Assembly: GCA_041749475.1 (NCBI GenBank)
Contig: JBGTBD010000027.1
Location: 33,907-97,906 of the forward strand
Length of the DNA stretch: 64,000 nucleotides
From: Rickettsiales bacterium
GTDB lineage: Bacteria; Pseudomonadota; Alphaproteobacteria; Rickettsiales; UBA998
Reading direction: 5' to 3'
Shown here: positions 40,817 through 51,326 of the stretch, in pieces
Layout of the letters: each line of letters starts with the position of its first letter
Numbering within the stretch: the first letter of the stretch is position 1
Program-made: the position numbers and the translations under genes
The notes under the pieces: model-generated
What the model was told of the DNA's origin: nothing
Databases searched by the model: none
Seen by the model: only the letters and a program-made list of their open reading frames with translations

Positions 40817-41722
40817 ATGACCTCGCCCATCGCCCTTATCCTGCTGGCCGACCCTGACGCTGAGAAACTGACCACGGCATTGGTAGCAGATGCCAAAAAA
40901 CGCATCGCTCCCTCCGTCAGCGGCGGCATTTCTGAAACATGGCTGGGGGAAGGTGAGGCATTCCAATTCACCTTTAATCTGCGTGACGAGAAAATCCTGC
41001 GCACCAATATCAAGCTGTTACTGGACGGAAAACCGTTCGACTGGGCCGCCCTCCCGATAGAAGGCCGCAAGAAGAAGCTTCTCATCAGCGATATGGATTC
41101 CACCATGATCGAGCAGGAATGTATCGACGAGTTGGCGGATTTTGCAGGCCTGAAATCCGAAGTCGCCGCCATCACCGAGCGCGCGATGAACGGCGAACTG
41201 GATTTCGCAGCAGCACTGGAATACCGTGTTTCTTTACTTAAGGGACTCCCGGTCGATGTACTCGAAAAAACATTCTCCGAGCGCATCACCGCCAGTAAGG
41301 GAGCGCGCACCTTAGTACACACGATGAACGCGAACGGGGCGAATACACTACTGGTCTCCGGCGGCTTTACCTTCTTCACCTCCCGCGTCGGCGCGATGTT
41401 GGGTTTCGCAGGCGATATGGCCAACCAGTTGGACATCGCCGATGGGATACTGACCGGAAACGTCATCCATCCGATATTGGACAAGGAAAGCAAGTTGCAG
41501 GCGTTGCGCAGCGCGAGTGACGCGATGTGGCTACGCCCGGATGAATCCATCGCCATCGGCGACGGCGCGAATGACTTGCCGATGATCAAGGCCGCCGGCC
41601 TCGGCATCGCCTATCGCGCCAAACCAGTCGTCCGCAAGGAAGCTCACGTGGCGCTGAACCATGCATCGCTTACAGGCGCACTCTATCTGCAAGGTTACAC
41701 CAAAGCGCAGTTCGTTTCCTGA
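40817..41722 (+). CDS. serB: phosphoserine phosphatase (HAD family)
   Basis: It has HAD motif I (LISDMDSTMIEQECIDELA), motif III and the C-terminal GDGANDLPM. I chose the ATG at 40817, 10 nt after AAGGAG. Confidence 0.88.
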   Translation: MTSPIALILLADPDAEKLTTALVADAKKRIAPSVSGGISETWLGEGEAFQFTFNLRDEKILRTNIKLLLDGKPFDWAALPIEGRKKKLLISDMDSTMIEQECIDELADFAGLKSEVAAITERAMNGELDFAAALEYRVSLLKGLPVDVLEKTFSERITASKGARTLVHTMNANGANTLLVSGGFTFFTSRVGAMLGFAGDMANQLDIADGILTGNVIHPILDKESKLQALRSASDAMWLRPDESIAIGDGANDLPMIKAAGLGIAYRAKPVVRKEAHVALNHASLTGALYLQGYTKAQFVS

Positions 41723-41734
41723 CAGGTCAGAGCA

Positions 41735-43204
41735 TTATTTTTTCTTCGCGTCTTTACCCGTTGGCAACGTGATGTACGTAGACTCCCCCGCGCGCCATAC
41801 GCGCATGAGGATATAATCCCGACCCGCGTCACGCGCTTCGGCTACCGCTGATTTAAGCGCGCTAATATCCTTCACGTCGCGCTGGTTCACGGCGAGGATT
41901 ACATCCCCCGGCTGCACGCCGCGCATCGCCGCCTCCCCGTCGCGCTTCACCTGTACGATGACGACGCCTTTGATATCCTTGGGGATGCCATAGCGGGCGC
42001 GAAGCCCGTCGGAGATCGTCTGCACTTCCAAGTCGAGCATCGCTTCCCCGGCCAATTTTTTCTCGCTTTTGGGTGCGGTGTCGGACGCGCTTGTCTCAAG
42101 GTCTTCGGACTCGTCCAGCTCACCGAGCGTCACGTCGAATTCCTCCGTGTCATTGCCACACCAGACTTCCACTTCAACTTCCTTACCGATTTTTGTCTCC
42201 GCCACGATACGCGGCAATTGATGCATCTCGCCGATATCCTTCCCATCAAAGGAGATGATGACGTCACCCGCCTTGATGCCTGCTTTGGCTGCCGGGCTAT
42301 CCGGCGTCACTTCTAATACGAGCGCGCCTTTCGCGTTCTTGCGGCCCAGGCTGTTGGCGATCTCGTCCGTCACCTGCTGGATTTTCACGCCCAGCCACCC
42401 GCGATGGGTGCGGCCTTCGGTACGCAATTGTTCGATCACCGGCTTCGCCATCGAGGAGGGAATCGCAAACCCGATACCGACGCTCCCGCCGTTAGGCGAG
42501 AAAATCGCCGTATTCACGCCGATGACTTCACCATCCGTATTGAACATCGGCCCACCGGAATTCCCTTGGTTGATCGCCGCATCCGTCTGCAGGAAATCAT
42601 CGAACGGCCCGGCATTGATATTACGCCCGCGCGCAGAAACGATACCCGCCGTCACCGTGCCGCCGAGGCCATACGGATTGCCGATGGTGATGACCCAGTC
42701 ACCCACCTTCACCTTGTCCGAATCGCCAAGTGCGACAAAGGCCAAAGATTTCTTCGACTCGATTTTCAGAAGCGCCAGATCGGTTTTCGGATCCCGCCCG
42801 ACCAGCTTCGCTTCATATTTCGTATTATCCTGAAAACGCACGGAGATCTGCTCGGCTTTTTCGACCACGTGATTATTGGTGACGATATACCCGTCCGCCG
42901 AAATCACGAACCCGGAACCCAGCGATTGCACTTCCTGCTCCAGCGCTTTCCCACCGCCCATTCCGCCTTGCGGGATACCGAACTGCTGGAAGAATTCCTT
43001 GAGTTGTTCCTGCTGGTCAAGTGGCATATTGCCGAAAGGCGCGCCGGTCATGCCACCGCTTTTCAATTTCTGTGAACTTGAGATATTGACGACCGCGGGG
43101 CTTAATTTCTCAACCAGCGGCGCGAAACTCTCGGCACGCACGCCAGCATCCGCCGACCCCGTGGTGACCAGGAGAAGGAAAGCAAAAAATGCATAGCGAT
43201 ACAT
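41735..43204 (-). CDS. degP: periplasmic serine endoprotease DegP/HtrA (Do family) with two PDZ domains
   Basis: It has a signal peptide and the catalytic triad context (TNNHVV, D, GNSGGPMF), followed by two PDZ-like regions. Confidence 0.9.
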   Translation of the reverse strand: MYRYAFFAFLLLVTTGSADAGVRAESFAPLVEKLSPAVVNISSSQKLKSGGMTGAPFGNMPLDQQEQLKEFFQQFGIPQGGMGGGKALEQEVQSLGSGFVISADGYIVTNNHVVEKAEQISVRFQDNTKYEAKLVGRDPKTDLALLKIESKKSLAFVALGDSDKVKVGDWVITIGNPYGLGGTVTAGIVSARGRNINAGPFDDFLQTDAAINQGNSGGPMFNTDGEVIGVNTAIFSPNGGSVGIGFAIPSSMAKPVIEQLRTEGRTHRGWLGVKIQQVTDEIANSLGRKNAKGALVLEVTPDSPAAKAGIKAGDVIISFDGKDIGEMHQLPRIVAETKIGKEVEVEVWCGNDTEEFDVTLGELDESEDLETSASDTAPKSEKKLAGEAMLDLEVQTISDGLRARYGIPKDIKGVVIVQVKRDGEAAMRGVQPGDVILAVNQRDVKDISALKSAVAEARDAGRDYILMRVWRAGESTYITLPTGKDAKKK

Positions 43205-43218
43205 GAACGACCTCGGTT

Positions 43219-44133
43219 TTATTTTTTCTCAAAATACTGCAAGAAATCGGTATCCGGCGACAATATCAGGGTCGTGTCATCCTTGTTCAGGCTGCCGCGA
43301 TAGGCCTGCATCGTGCGATAGAACCCGTAGAACTCCTCATCCCTGCCGAACGCATCGGCATAGATGCGGCTGGCTTCGGCGTCGCCTTGCCCGCGTAGGA
43401 TTTCCGATTCCTTCTCGGCTTCCGCCATCAGGATGGTACGCGTCTTATCCGCTTCAGAGCGGATGATCTGCGATTCCTTCTGGCCTTCGGCCCGGAATTT
43501 CTCCGCGACTTTCTGGCGATCCGAACGCATCCGGTTATAGATAGGATCGCTGGTTTCCTTCGGCAAGTCGGTGCGCATGATACGGACATCGACGATCTCG
43601 ATACCATACCCCGTATTGCTGTTATCCACCCCGTCCTTGTCCGCGCCCATCTGCTCGTCGCCGCCGGAAGCGAGGCGATAGACGTTATTGCGGATAGCGC
43701 GCATCAGTTCCGACCGCTTCGCCGAAAGCAGCGAGCTCAATGTCTCTTTCCCGAGATTATCGCGGAGGCTTTTCTCCAGGATACTTTCAAGACGCATATT
43801 CATCACCCGCTCATCGCGCACCGTCTGGTAGAACAGCAGTGGGTCCTTGATACGGTAGGTCACGAACGCGTCGACGATGAGGCGATCCTGATCTTTCAGG
43901 ATGACTGTCTTGGAATCGGAATCAAGCGCGATGGTGCGCAGGTCATAATAGACGACGCTGTCGACCAGCGGCATCTTCATTTTTAGACCCGGTTCACGCT
44001 CGATATTGACCGGCTTCCCGAACCGGAGCACAAGCGCCTGCTCGGTCTGGTTGACGATGAAGAAGGAGTTCAGCAGCAATGCCGCCGCGATGAACACGAC
44101 AACACCCAAAATCATAGCGCGGGATGAGTTCAT
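43219..44133 (-). CDS. hflC: protease modulator HflC (SPFH/band 7)
   Basis: It has an N-terminal TM helix and an SPFH domain. It overlaps hflK by 4 nt. Confidence 0.9.
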   Translation of the reverse strand: MNSSRAMILGVVVFIAAALLLNSFFIVNQTEQALVLRFGKPVNIEREPGLKMKMPLVDSVVYYDLRTIALDSDSKTVILKDQDRLIVDAFVTYRIKDPLLFYQTVRDERVMNMRLESILEKSLRDNLGKETLSSLLSAKRSELMRAIRNNVYRLASGGDEQMGADKDGVDNSNTGYGIEIVDVRIMRTDLPKETSDPIYNRMRSDRQKVAEKFRAEGQKESQIIRSEADKTRTILMAEAEKESEILRGQGDAEASRIYADAFGRDEEFYGFYRTMQAYRGSLNKDDTTLILSPDTDFLQYFEKK

Positions 44134-45311
44134 CGTGTGCCTCCTCTATATTCACTGGATGGAGCGGCGTTGCTGACCGGAGCGGGAACTTCGGTGACCG
44201 GAGCTTTCCGCTGCTTCTCGATAGCGGGCAGCGGCAGATACGGCGTCACGCTTTTGGCTGACCCGTCGCTCATGATGACTTTTTGCATCCCCGACAGGAT
44301 CTGCTCCATTGTATCGAGATACATCCGTTTCCGCGTAACGTCCTTGGCGCTCTTATATTCATTATAGATGGAAATGAACCGTTCGGAATCCCCGCGCGCC
44401 TTGCTGACGATGGCTTCCTTATACCCTTGCGCATCCTTGATCATCTTCTCGACCTGACCTTGGGCGACGGGGAGAATCCCGTCACGGTATTTCATCGCCT
44501 GGTTACGCAGTGTTTCCTTCTCCTGCTGTGCGGCGAGGACGTCGATGAACGCATCGACCACCGGCTCCGGCGCATCCACTGCGAGGAGGTTGACCTCGTA
44601 AATCTCGATACCCGCCTCATATTCGTCCATGATGGCCTGCATCAGCTGTTTGGTATCCTCGGCGATCACCTGACGGCTATCGGAGAGCGCGAGCGAGAGC
44701 GGCGTTTTTCCCATGATCTCGCGCATAGACGTTTCCGCCACGGGCTTCACCAAGACTTCCGGGCTACGCACGTTAAATAAGAATTTCTCTGCATCCTTGA
44801 TGCGCCACTGCACCTCGAACTGCGCGGAAACAATATTTTTATCCCCCGTCAGCATCAGGCTTTCCTCGGGGATGATGTTGCGGCGGTCGGTATTATAGAC
44901 ACCGCTACTGGAGCGGAAACCCACCTGTTCGCGGTTGATGTTGGTCACTTTCGGCGTGAATACCGTCTCGACCGGGTAGGGCAGATGATAATTCAACCCC
45001 GGCTGGCTGATACGGTGATATTGCCCGAAACGCATGACGACGCCCTGCTCATCGGCATCTACACGATAAAATCCGGAAGCGCCCCATAACGCCAGCAGCA
45101 GCGCACCGATAATGAGTATGGGGCCAATACCGCCGCCACGTCCACCCATCAGGTTACGCAGTGATTCCTGGCCTTTACGGAAAAATTCGTCCAAGTCAGG
45201 CGGTGGGGGCGTACGGTTCGGGCCGCCGCCATTATGGTGACCGCCACCGGGAGGGGTGCTGGGAGGGCGGTTGCCCCACGGGCCTTTACCGCTTCCTTGT
45301 TTCCAACTCAT
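44130..45311 (-). CDS. hflK: protease modulator HflK (SPFH/band 7)
   Basis: It has a Gly/Pro-rich N-terminus (GPWGNRPPSTPPGGGHHNGGGP), a TM helix and an SPFH domain. Confidence 0.9.
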   Translation of the reverse strand: MSWKQGSGKGPWGNRPPSTPPGGGHHNGGGPNRTPPPPDLDEFFRKGQESLRNLMGGRGGGIGPILIIGALLLALWGASGFYRVDADEQGVVMRFGQYHRISQPGLNYHLPYPVETVFTPKVTNINREQVGFRSSSGVYNTDRRNIIPEESLMLTGDKNIVSAQFEVQWRIKDAEKFLFNVRSPEVLVKPVAETSMREIMGKTPLSLALSDSRQVIAEDTKQLMQAIMDEYEAGIEIYEVNLLAVDAPEPVVDAFIDVLAAQQEKETLRNQAMKYRDGILPVAQGQVEKMIKDAQGYKEAIVSKARGDSERFISIYNEYKSAKDVTRKRMYLDTMEQILSGMQKVIMSDGSAKSVTPYLPLPAIEKQRKAPVTEVPAPVSNAAPSSEYRGGTR

Positions 45312-45384
45312 CGACTATCTACTCCGGTTGTATATTCCATCAGGAAAATCCTATATAGGCAGAGGCATCGGAGGTTTTCAAGTA

Positions 45385-46437
45385 ATGACTGTCATTTCTC
45401 GTTCAGAAATCGAAAAACACTTAAGGACTGTGCCGGACCCGATATCGGGCAAGGACATCCTGAGTGCCGGTATCGTGACCGCGCTGGAGCCGAATGACAG
45501 CGGCGGCACTCTTGTGCTGACCATCGACCTCGAACAGCGCGCCTTGCAGGAACCATTGCGTAACACGTGCGAAGCTGTGCTTGAAAGCGCATTCCCCGGC
45601 CAGCACTGGAACGTTATCCTCACTGCCGAGTGCACCGCCGAACCCGGAACCACCGCCTCACAAAAACCCGCCCGCTGGAATCTGACACCCCTGCCCCATG
45701 TAAAGCGCGTCATCGCCATCGCTTCCGGCAAAGGCGGCGTCGGCAAATCCACCGTCGCTTCTGGATTGGCGATGACCCTCGCCTCACAGGGCAAAAAAGT
45801 CGGGCTGCTCGATGCCGACCTGCAAGGCCCATCCCTCCCCCGCATGTTCGGTCTTTCCGAAAAACCCGCCTTGCATGAAGGGGCGTTCGTGCCATTGGAA
45901 GCACATGGCGTACGCTGCATGTCGCTCGGCTTGCTCATCGGCGACGAACCCGCCGTGATGCGCGGGCCGATGGTCAGCAAAGCGCTGAACCAACTGATCC
46001 GTGGCACGATGTGGGGAACTGCGGACTCGCCGCTCGATACCTTATTCATCGACCTCCCCCCCGGCACGGGCGATATCCATTTGACCCTGCTCCAGCAACT
46101 CGACCTCGCCCATGGCAATGGCGGCACCCTCATCGTCACCACCCCGCAAGCCGTCGCCGCCGACGACGCATGGAAATGTATCCGCATGTTCCAGAAAATC
46201 GGCGTGCCCATTCGTGGAATCATTGAGAATATGAGCCATTTTCTGGCTCCCGACGGCTCCACCCATGCTATTTTCGGCGAAGGCGGCGGAGAAGCCCTCG
46301 CCGCACGCTCCCAAACCATTTTTTTAGCTAAAATTCCGTTAATTTCTGACCTCTCAAACACCGCCGATAACGGTGGCAATATCGCCCAATCCCAAGCCCA
46401 GCGATACTTTGCCAATATACTGAAAATACTGGATTAA
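45385..46437 (+). CDS. apbC: Fe-S cluster carrier ATPase Mrp/ApbC
   Basis: It has an N-terminal DUF59-like segment (VPDPISGKDILSAGIV), the deviant Walker A ASGKGGVGKST and the CxxC-region context. I chose the ATG at 45385, which has GGAGG upstream. Confidence 0.9.
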   Translation: MTVISRSEIEKHLRTVPDPISGKDILSAGIVTALEPNDSGGTLVLTIDLEQRALQEPLRNTCEAVLESAFPGQHWNVILTAECTAEPGTTASQKPARWNLTPLPHVKRVIAIASGKGGVGKSTVASGLAMTLASQGKKVGLLDADLQGPSLPRMFGLSEKPALHEGAFVPLEAHGVRCMSLGLLIGDEPAVMRGPMVSKALNQLIRGTMWGTADSPLDTLFIDLPPGTGDIHLTLLQQLDLAHGNGGTLIVTTPQAVAADDAWKCIRMFQKIGVPIRGIIENMSHFLAPDGSTHAIFGEGGGEALAARSQTIFLAKIPLISDLSNTADNGGNIAQSQAQRYFANILKILD

Positions 46438-46548
46438 TATAGAGGGCATTTAATCCTCATTTGACTAAAAAACTAGTTAATTTTTGTGTGGATTTTCTAT
46501 CAAATTTTCTGTAATTTTAATACACATTAACTTTGCAGGAGTGCTCAG

Positions 46549-48132
46549 ATGCCAGACGTTACCATCTACGGTTCAGAAGAAGCCGAGACGTTCAACGGAT
46601 CAGATCAAAGCGAATTATATTACGGGGCAGGCGGCGACGATTCTCTGACAGGTAACGAAGGCGACGACGAACTGCATGGTGGCGACGGGATAGACACCCT
46701 CACCGGCGGTATCGGCAATGATACGCTCTATGGTAGCACCGGTAACGATACCATCTTCGGCAATGACGGGGATGACCATCTAAGCGGCCATGAAGGGGAT
46801 GATTCCATTCTGGGCGGTGACGGTACGGACTCCCTCGCCGGGTTCGAAGGCAATGACACGCTGCGCGGCGGTAATGGTAACGACTATCTCAACGGCGGTA
46901 CGGGCAGCGATTTCCTCGGCGGCGGAGAAGGCAATGACACGCTCGATGGTGGCGACGATAACGACGAACTCCACGGCCGCATCGGTAATGACTCCCTCCT
47001 CGGCGGTCTCGGCGACGACCTAATATACGGCGAAGAGGGCGACGATTACGTGAATGCCGGATTCGGCAACGACACCGTCATCGGCGGCAAGGGCAATGAT
47101 TCCCTCTACGGCCTGGACGGCAACGATTCCATTCAGGGCTATACCGGTGCGGATATCCTGAATGGCGGCAATGGCGATGATTATCTCCATGGCAATCAGG
47201 ACAATGATTCCATCCTTGGCGGCAACGGCAATGACCTGATCTATGGCGGCAATAACAACGACGTCATCAATGGCGGCGCCGATAACGACACCATCGTCGG
47301 CGGCAATGACAGTGGCCTGCTCCTTGTAACGGCCACAAAAGTTGAACCCGATGCTCCGACGGTTAGCATCGAAGCGCGCGATGCCACCGGGCTGCTGGTT
47401 GGCGATGGCACGCTTGATTTCAATCTCTCCCTGAGCGGCAAGAAATATACGCTCGCGGTCACAGAAACCGGCGTTGCCGCTGGCCGTTTTGCCGGCGAAG
47501 TGGATTTCATGCGTGCTCAGGGTTCGGAAAGCATCACGATCGACCTCGGTGTCGAGGCAAAAAAAGCAGGATTCTCCGTCGAGAAATTCTACAAAGGCGA
47601 AGCAGCGGGTCTGGGGGAGAAACTCAAAGTCACCGCCTTCGATGCCGATGGGCATGAAACCGGCAGCAGCATCTTCGCCGCCATCAATATCAACGGCAAG
47701 GCTACCTTCAATATCACCGGCCTCGGCACCTTCCAGTCGCTGAAATTCGAAGCGGTCGATAACGGTATCACTCCCGGCAAGACCGACAATAGCGACTTCC
47801 TGCTGACCAACGTCACGTTTGAACTGGCGGACACGGCGAAAACCGTCAAGACGGTCGATAGCTTCACCTTCGGCGACAAGCTGGCAGGTGGCACGGGAGC
47901 GGATGTCTTCATCTTCGGCAACGGCACCGGCCGCGGCGTTGATCTCATCACCGATTTCACCGTAGGACAGGACAAGCTCGACCTGACCAACGTCATCTCC
48001 GGCTTCACCTCCCTGATGAACACCCATGCGGTCGATCATGGCGGCAATGCATTATTCTTCTTCGGCAATCACGGGGTGGAACTGCAAGGTGTCTCGCTCG
48101 CTAGCTTGAGCGCGACAGACTTTATCTTCTAG
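46549..48132 (+). CDS. RTX calcium-binding repeat protein with an N-terminal repeat block
   Basis: About 27 consecutive GGxGxDxUx nonapeptides occupy residues ~20-265. A non-repeat beta-rich domain follows. The C-terminus reads [10 protein letters not shown]...[22 protein letters not shown] lies upstream of the ATG. Confidence 0.85.
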   Translation: MPDVTIYGSEEAETFNGSDQSELYYGAGGDDSLTGNEGDDELHGGDGIDTLTGGIGNDTLYGSTGNDTIFGNDGDDHLSGHEGDDSILGGDGTDSLAGFEGNDTLRGGNGNDYLNGGTGSDFLGGGEGNDTLDGGDDNDELHGRIGNDSLLGGLGDDLIYGEEGDDYVNAGFGNDTVIGGKGNDSLYGLDGNDSIQGYTGADILNGGNGDDYLHGNQDNDSILGGNGNDLIYGGNNNDVINGGADNDTIVGGNDSGLLLVTATKVEPDAPTVSIEARDATGLLVGDGTLDFNLSLSGKKYTLAVTETGVAAGRFAGEVDFMRAQGSESITIDLGVEAKKAGFSVEKFYKGEAAGLGEKLKVTAFDADGHETGSSIFAAININGKATFNITGLGTFQSLKFEAVDNGITPGKTDNSDFLLTNVTFELADTAKTVKTVDSFTFGDKLAGGTGADVFIFGNGTGRGVDLITDFTVGQDKLDLTNVISGFTSLMNTHAVDHGGNALFFFGNHGVELQGVSLASLSATDFIF

Positions 48133-48902
48133 GTTCGCGCTCGGGGCGGGCGGGAAGACATAGGCTGGTGCAGTGTGTCTTGTTTCGCTGCACCGCTATC
48201 ATCCGCCCACGAGAATTCGGGCAGGGTTTTTCTCTCCAATATTCCCTTCTCGTTCTCGCGCTCGCGGAACGATTCATGAAAAGCATCCTCTGCCATTTGC
48301 TCCGCAGAGAACACAGCATCCTTATCAATGACGACAGGTGTGCCATCTTTCAGTAATCCGATGTTCTTCGGGTCGTCCAGATCGTAAGGGTATCCGCCTT
48401 CACGGATCACCTGCCGCCGGAGGGATTGCACCACTTGCTCGGCTTCATCCTGTGTAAGGATGTCCTTTTCGATAGCATCCGCCAGTAGGGGGACGCGGGG
48501 GGCGATTTCCAGAATAATGTCTTCCCCGCCCGCCGTGAGAGAATGTCGCTCCGAGCGGAGGACGGATAGCGGCACACCCACCCCAACCTCTTCGGAATCC
48601 TGTAGCGCCAGCCGGAGGATGGAACCTGTATCGTTCCCATGCGCGTCTAATAACCGGAACACGAGGCTGCTGCCGCCTTTACGGAACATGGATACCGCAG
48701 GATACCCCAGGGATTCTAACGTGGTTTGCACCGATGAAAACACCTCATTCGGCACGTCAGAGACCCGGTGGCCACGTGCGTCCAAGGTCTGGAATCGCTT
48801 GATAGCTTCAGGAACAGTATCCTTTCTGCGCACGGGAAGGGTGCGGGCATACTCCTGTTCCGCCCAGCGGGATAGTCGGTTCTGAAGAGAAAGCGGACTC
48901 AT
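48129..48902 (-). CDS. hypothetical protein, kinase-like paralog 1
   Basis: The ORF lies ~40 nt downstream of thyX on the same strand. It shares an ~190-aa domain with the 49953-51266 product ([14 protein letters not shown] vs [14 protein letters not shown], among other matches). I chose the ATG at 48902, and a GTG at 48908 is also possible. Confidence 0.6.
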   Translation of the reverse strand: MSPLSLQNRLSRWAEQEYARTLPVRRKDTVPEAIKRFQTLDARGHRVSDVPNEVFSSVQTTLESLGYPAVSMFRKGGSSLVFRLLDAHGNDTGSILRLALQDSEEVGVGVPLSVLRSERHSLTAGGEDIILEIAPRVPLLADAIEKDILTQDEAEQVVQSLRRQVIREGGYPYDLDDPKNIGLLKDGTPVVIDKDAVFSAEQMAEDAFHESFRERENEKGILERKTLPEFSWADDSGAAKQDTLHQPMSSRPPRART

Positions 48903-48941
48903 AAGCACACCTTACCAAAACGTCTATGACCGTTTGATGAA

Positions 48942-49874
48942 TCAGGCAGTGAGGGTGTTATGCAACTCATCCCACTCGCGCTTGGAAAGCCCGCTTTCTT
49001 CCTGCGATACCTGCTCACCCTTGATGAGCTTCTTAATAATCTCCATGCCCTTCGCGGAAATCTCTTTGCCGCCCATGCGGTAATCCATGAAGGCGCCATA
49101 GGTCAACGGAACCCATTTTTGCATAATGTCGAGCATCGCTTCGGCATAGACGCGGATTTCATATTGCGCGTGCGGGTCGGCACGCAGCGCGATGAAATGC
49201 ATCAGGTTATGGAGGTCGATCTTCCAATACCATTGCGTATAGAAATTGACCGGCAGATTCATCCGCGCCAGTTCGCGCGCGAGCCCCTGCTTGCTTTCGT
49301 CGAAGATGGTGCCATCCTCGGTGCAATTCATCATCTCTTCATAATGCTGATATGCCTGCTTCGAATCATCCTTCAGAATGGACAGCACGCGTTGCGCCTC
49401 CGCGCCAGCTAACACATCACCGCGCCCTTGGCGGTTGCTGGTCGATTGCGCTGCCAGATGCTCCGGCGACGGCACATAAAACTCTTTATCCATGATGGAA
49501 TAACGACCGGAATATTCATTCACGTTGGCGGTACGGTGGCGGATCCATTGCCGCGCGACGAATATCGGCAACTTGATATGAAACTTCATCTCGCACATCT
49601 CGAACGGCGTAGTATGGCGATGGCGCAGCAGATAGCGGATCAGCCCTTCATCCTCACGGGTCTTTTTCGTACCCTTACCGTAGGACACGCGCGCCGCCTG
49701 CACGATGGCACTATCCGTCCCCATATAATCAACCACGCGCACGAAACCGTGATCGAGCACGGGTATTGCTTCATAAAGAATGTTTTCCAACTCAGGCGAA
49801 ACCTCGCGGTATGTCTGGAACGATTCATTTCTCAATGTGCTAACTTCGGCTTTTTGCGCTGCGTTTAATGGCAA
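48942..49874 (-). CDS. thyX: FAD-dependent thymidylate synthase
   Basis: It has the ThyX signature [15 protein letters not shown]. It uses a TTG start with AAGGAG 7 nt upstream. Confidence 0.93.
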   Translation of the reverse strand: MPLNAAQKAEVSTLRNESFQTYREVSPELENILYEAIPVLDHGFVRVVDYMGTDSAIVQAARVSYGKGTKKTREDEGLIRYLLRHRHTTPFEMCEMKFHIKLPIFVARQWIRHRTANVNEYSGRYSIMDKEFYVPSPEHLAAQSTSNRQGRGDVLAGAEAQRVLSILKDDSKQAYQHYEEMMNCTEDGTIFDESKQGLARELARMNLPVNFYTQWYWKIDLHNLMHFIALRADPHAQYEIRVYAEAMLDIMQKWVPLTYGAFMDYRMGGKEISAKGMEIIKKLIKGEQVSQEESGLSKREWDELHNTLTA

Positions 49875-49952
49875 GGGCTTCTCCTTTTGTTATATGGAGT
49901 ATCCCACCACATAAAATTATGACAAGAAAAAAGTTTTAAGAGATAATAAGTT

Positions 49953-51266
49953 TCATGGCACTACACGTTGGAAGGCACGATGGGCTATTGAAGCGTGGGA
50001 GATGGATAACGCGTCCACCTCAGGGGGAGGGATTTCAATTTTATTTGGATACCGCGGTAACTCACCACCATCTCCCTCAACCTGCGCGGCGAACCACTTA
50101 TCCGATGGATTGGCGGATTTTTTTAATGTCTCCAATTCTTCACGAGTTATAACGTCACAGGCTTTATGAGTAAGAATTTCTGGAAAAAATGTATGTTGTT
50201 TCCAGCCACCTCTATCATCAACCCAACTGAATTTTTTCGCGATATTTATCATTTCCGATGCCAGAAAATCTCTTTCTTCAATTAGCCGCTTATAATGCTC
50301 GTGTAAAAGTGGTGTGGGATTATCATCATTGTATATGAAAGATTTGCCGGGATCGATAACAACCGGCGTCCCGTCCTCCAGTAATCCAACATTCCTTGCT
50401 TTTCCATCCTCGAAAAATATGCGTGTTCCGGGATTTTGCCATCCTGTCTCAAGGGCTATACTCACCGCATCAACATGTTCGTCTGTTACACCTTTAGTGT
50501 TCACTTTAGGCATGATTTCGACTCGATAATGTTCCGTTCCGAATGCTGCCACTGGCTGAAGTATCTGTGGCGCCAAAGGTCGCTCCGTTTCCTTGTCTTT
50601 TCTTACAATACGCAGCACATAATGATCATTGGTATGTGCAATAAGCGCCATACCCCCCATGGTTAATAATGAAAGCTGCCGAAAACCAAGAGCATCCAAC
50701 CTCTTTTCAATGTCTTTCACTTCGTCAGGATGCTCGACAAAAGAATAGACGGAAATCTGATTGCTATGGAAGTTTCCTGGTGTTGATTTGGCAATGACAT
50801 CCGCCAATTCAGAAAGATTATGCGCTTTAAATTCATCTCTTATCATATCAGTTAAAATATTCTCATAGGCTCTGCTAAGAGCACCCACCATTTGGGGTAT
50901 GCGTTCGTGCATCATAAGCGCATCAAACCAATCATCATTCCGGCGTTTTGGAATCGAGAAACTGATCTCTTTATTATTTTTTACGATATTGTCGGGGTGT
51001 TCCTGACGGGTTAAGCTTTTTTCAAAACGTTGAAAAATTGTGTCGATCAATTGTTTTTGTTTTTCATTATCAAGATTGTATTGTTTAATTAAAGATGCAT
51101 GGAACTCGGGGTCGATGGATAGGACCACGTGGTAGTGCGTATCCGTCATCGAGGCAGATACCAAACGCGCATGTACCGGATGCTGTGCCTGTTTCTCAAC
51201 AAAGTCTTCTACGTCTTTAATACGTTTTTTGCGGATTTCATCCTGTTCTTTATCGCTGTAAAACAT
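49953..51266 (-). CDS. hypothetical protein, kinase-like paralog 2 with an extra ~190-aa N-terminal region
   Basis: The 437-aa ORF is markedly AT-rich. Its C-terminal two-thirds align with the 48129-48902 product. Confidence 0.6.
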   Translation of the reverse strand: MFYSDKEQDEIRKKRIKDVEDFVEKQAQHPVHARLVSASMTDTHYHVVLSIDPEFHASLIKQYNLDNEKQKQLIDTIFQRFEKSLTRQEHPDNIVKNNKEISFSIPKRRNDDWFDALMMHERIPQMVGALSRAYENILTDMIRDEFKAHNLSELADVIAKSTPGNFHSNQISVYSFVEHPDEVKDIEKRLDALGFRQLSLLTMGGMALIAHTNDHYVLRIVRKDKETERPLAPQILQPVAAFGTEHYRVEIMPKVNTKGVTDEHVDAVSIALETGWQNPGTRIFFEDGKARNVGLLEDGTPVVIDPGKSFIYNDDNPTPLLHEHYKRLIEERDFLASEMINIAKKFSWVDDRGGWKQHTFFPEILTHKACDVITREELETLKKSANPSDKWFAAQVEGDGGELPRYPNKIEIPPPEVDALSISHASIAHRAFQRVVP

Positions 51267-51326
51267 AACTTATTCTATCATGTTTCTCAGCCTTATTATG
51301 TTACGTTATTATTATTTATACCAACA

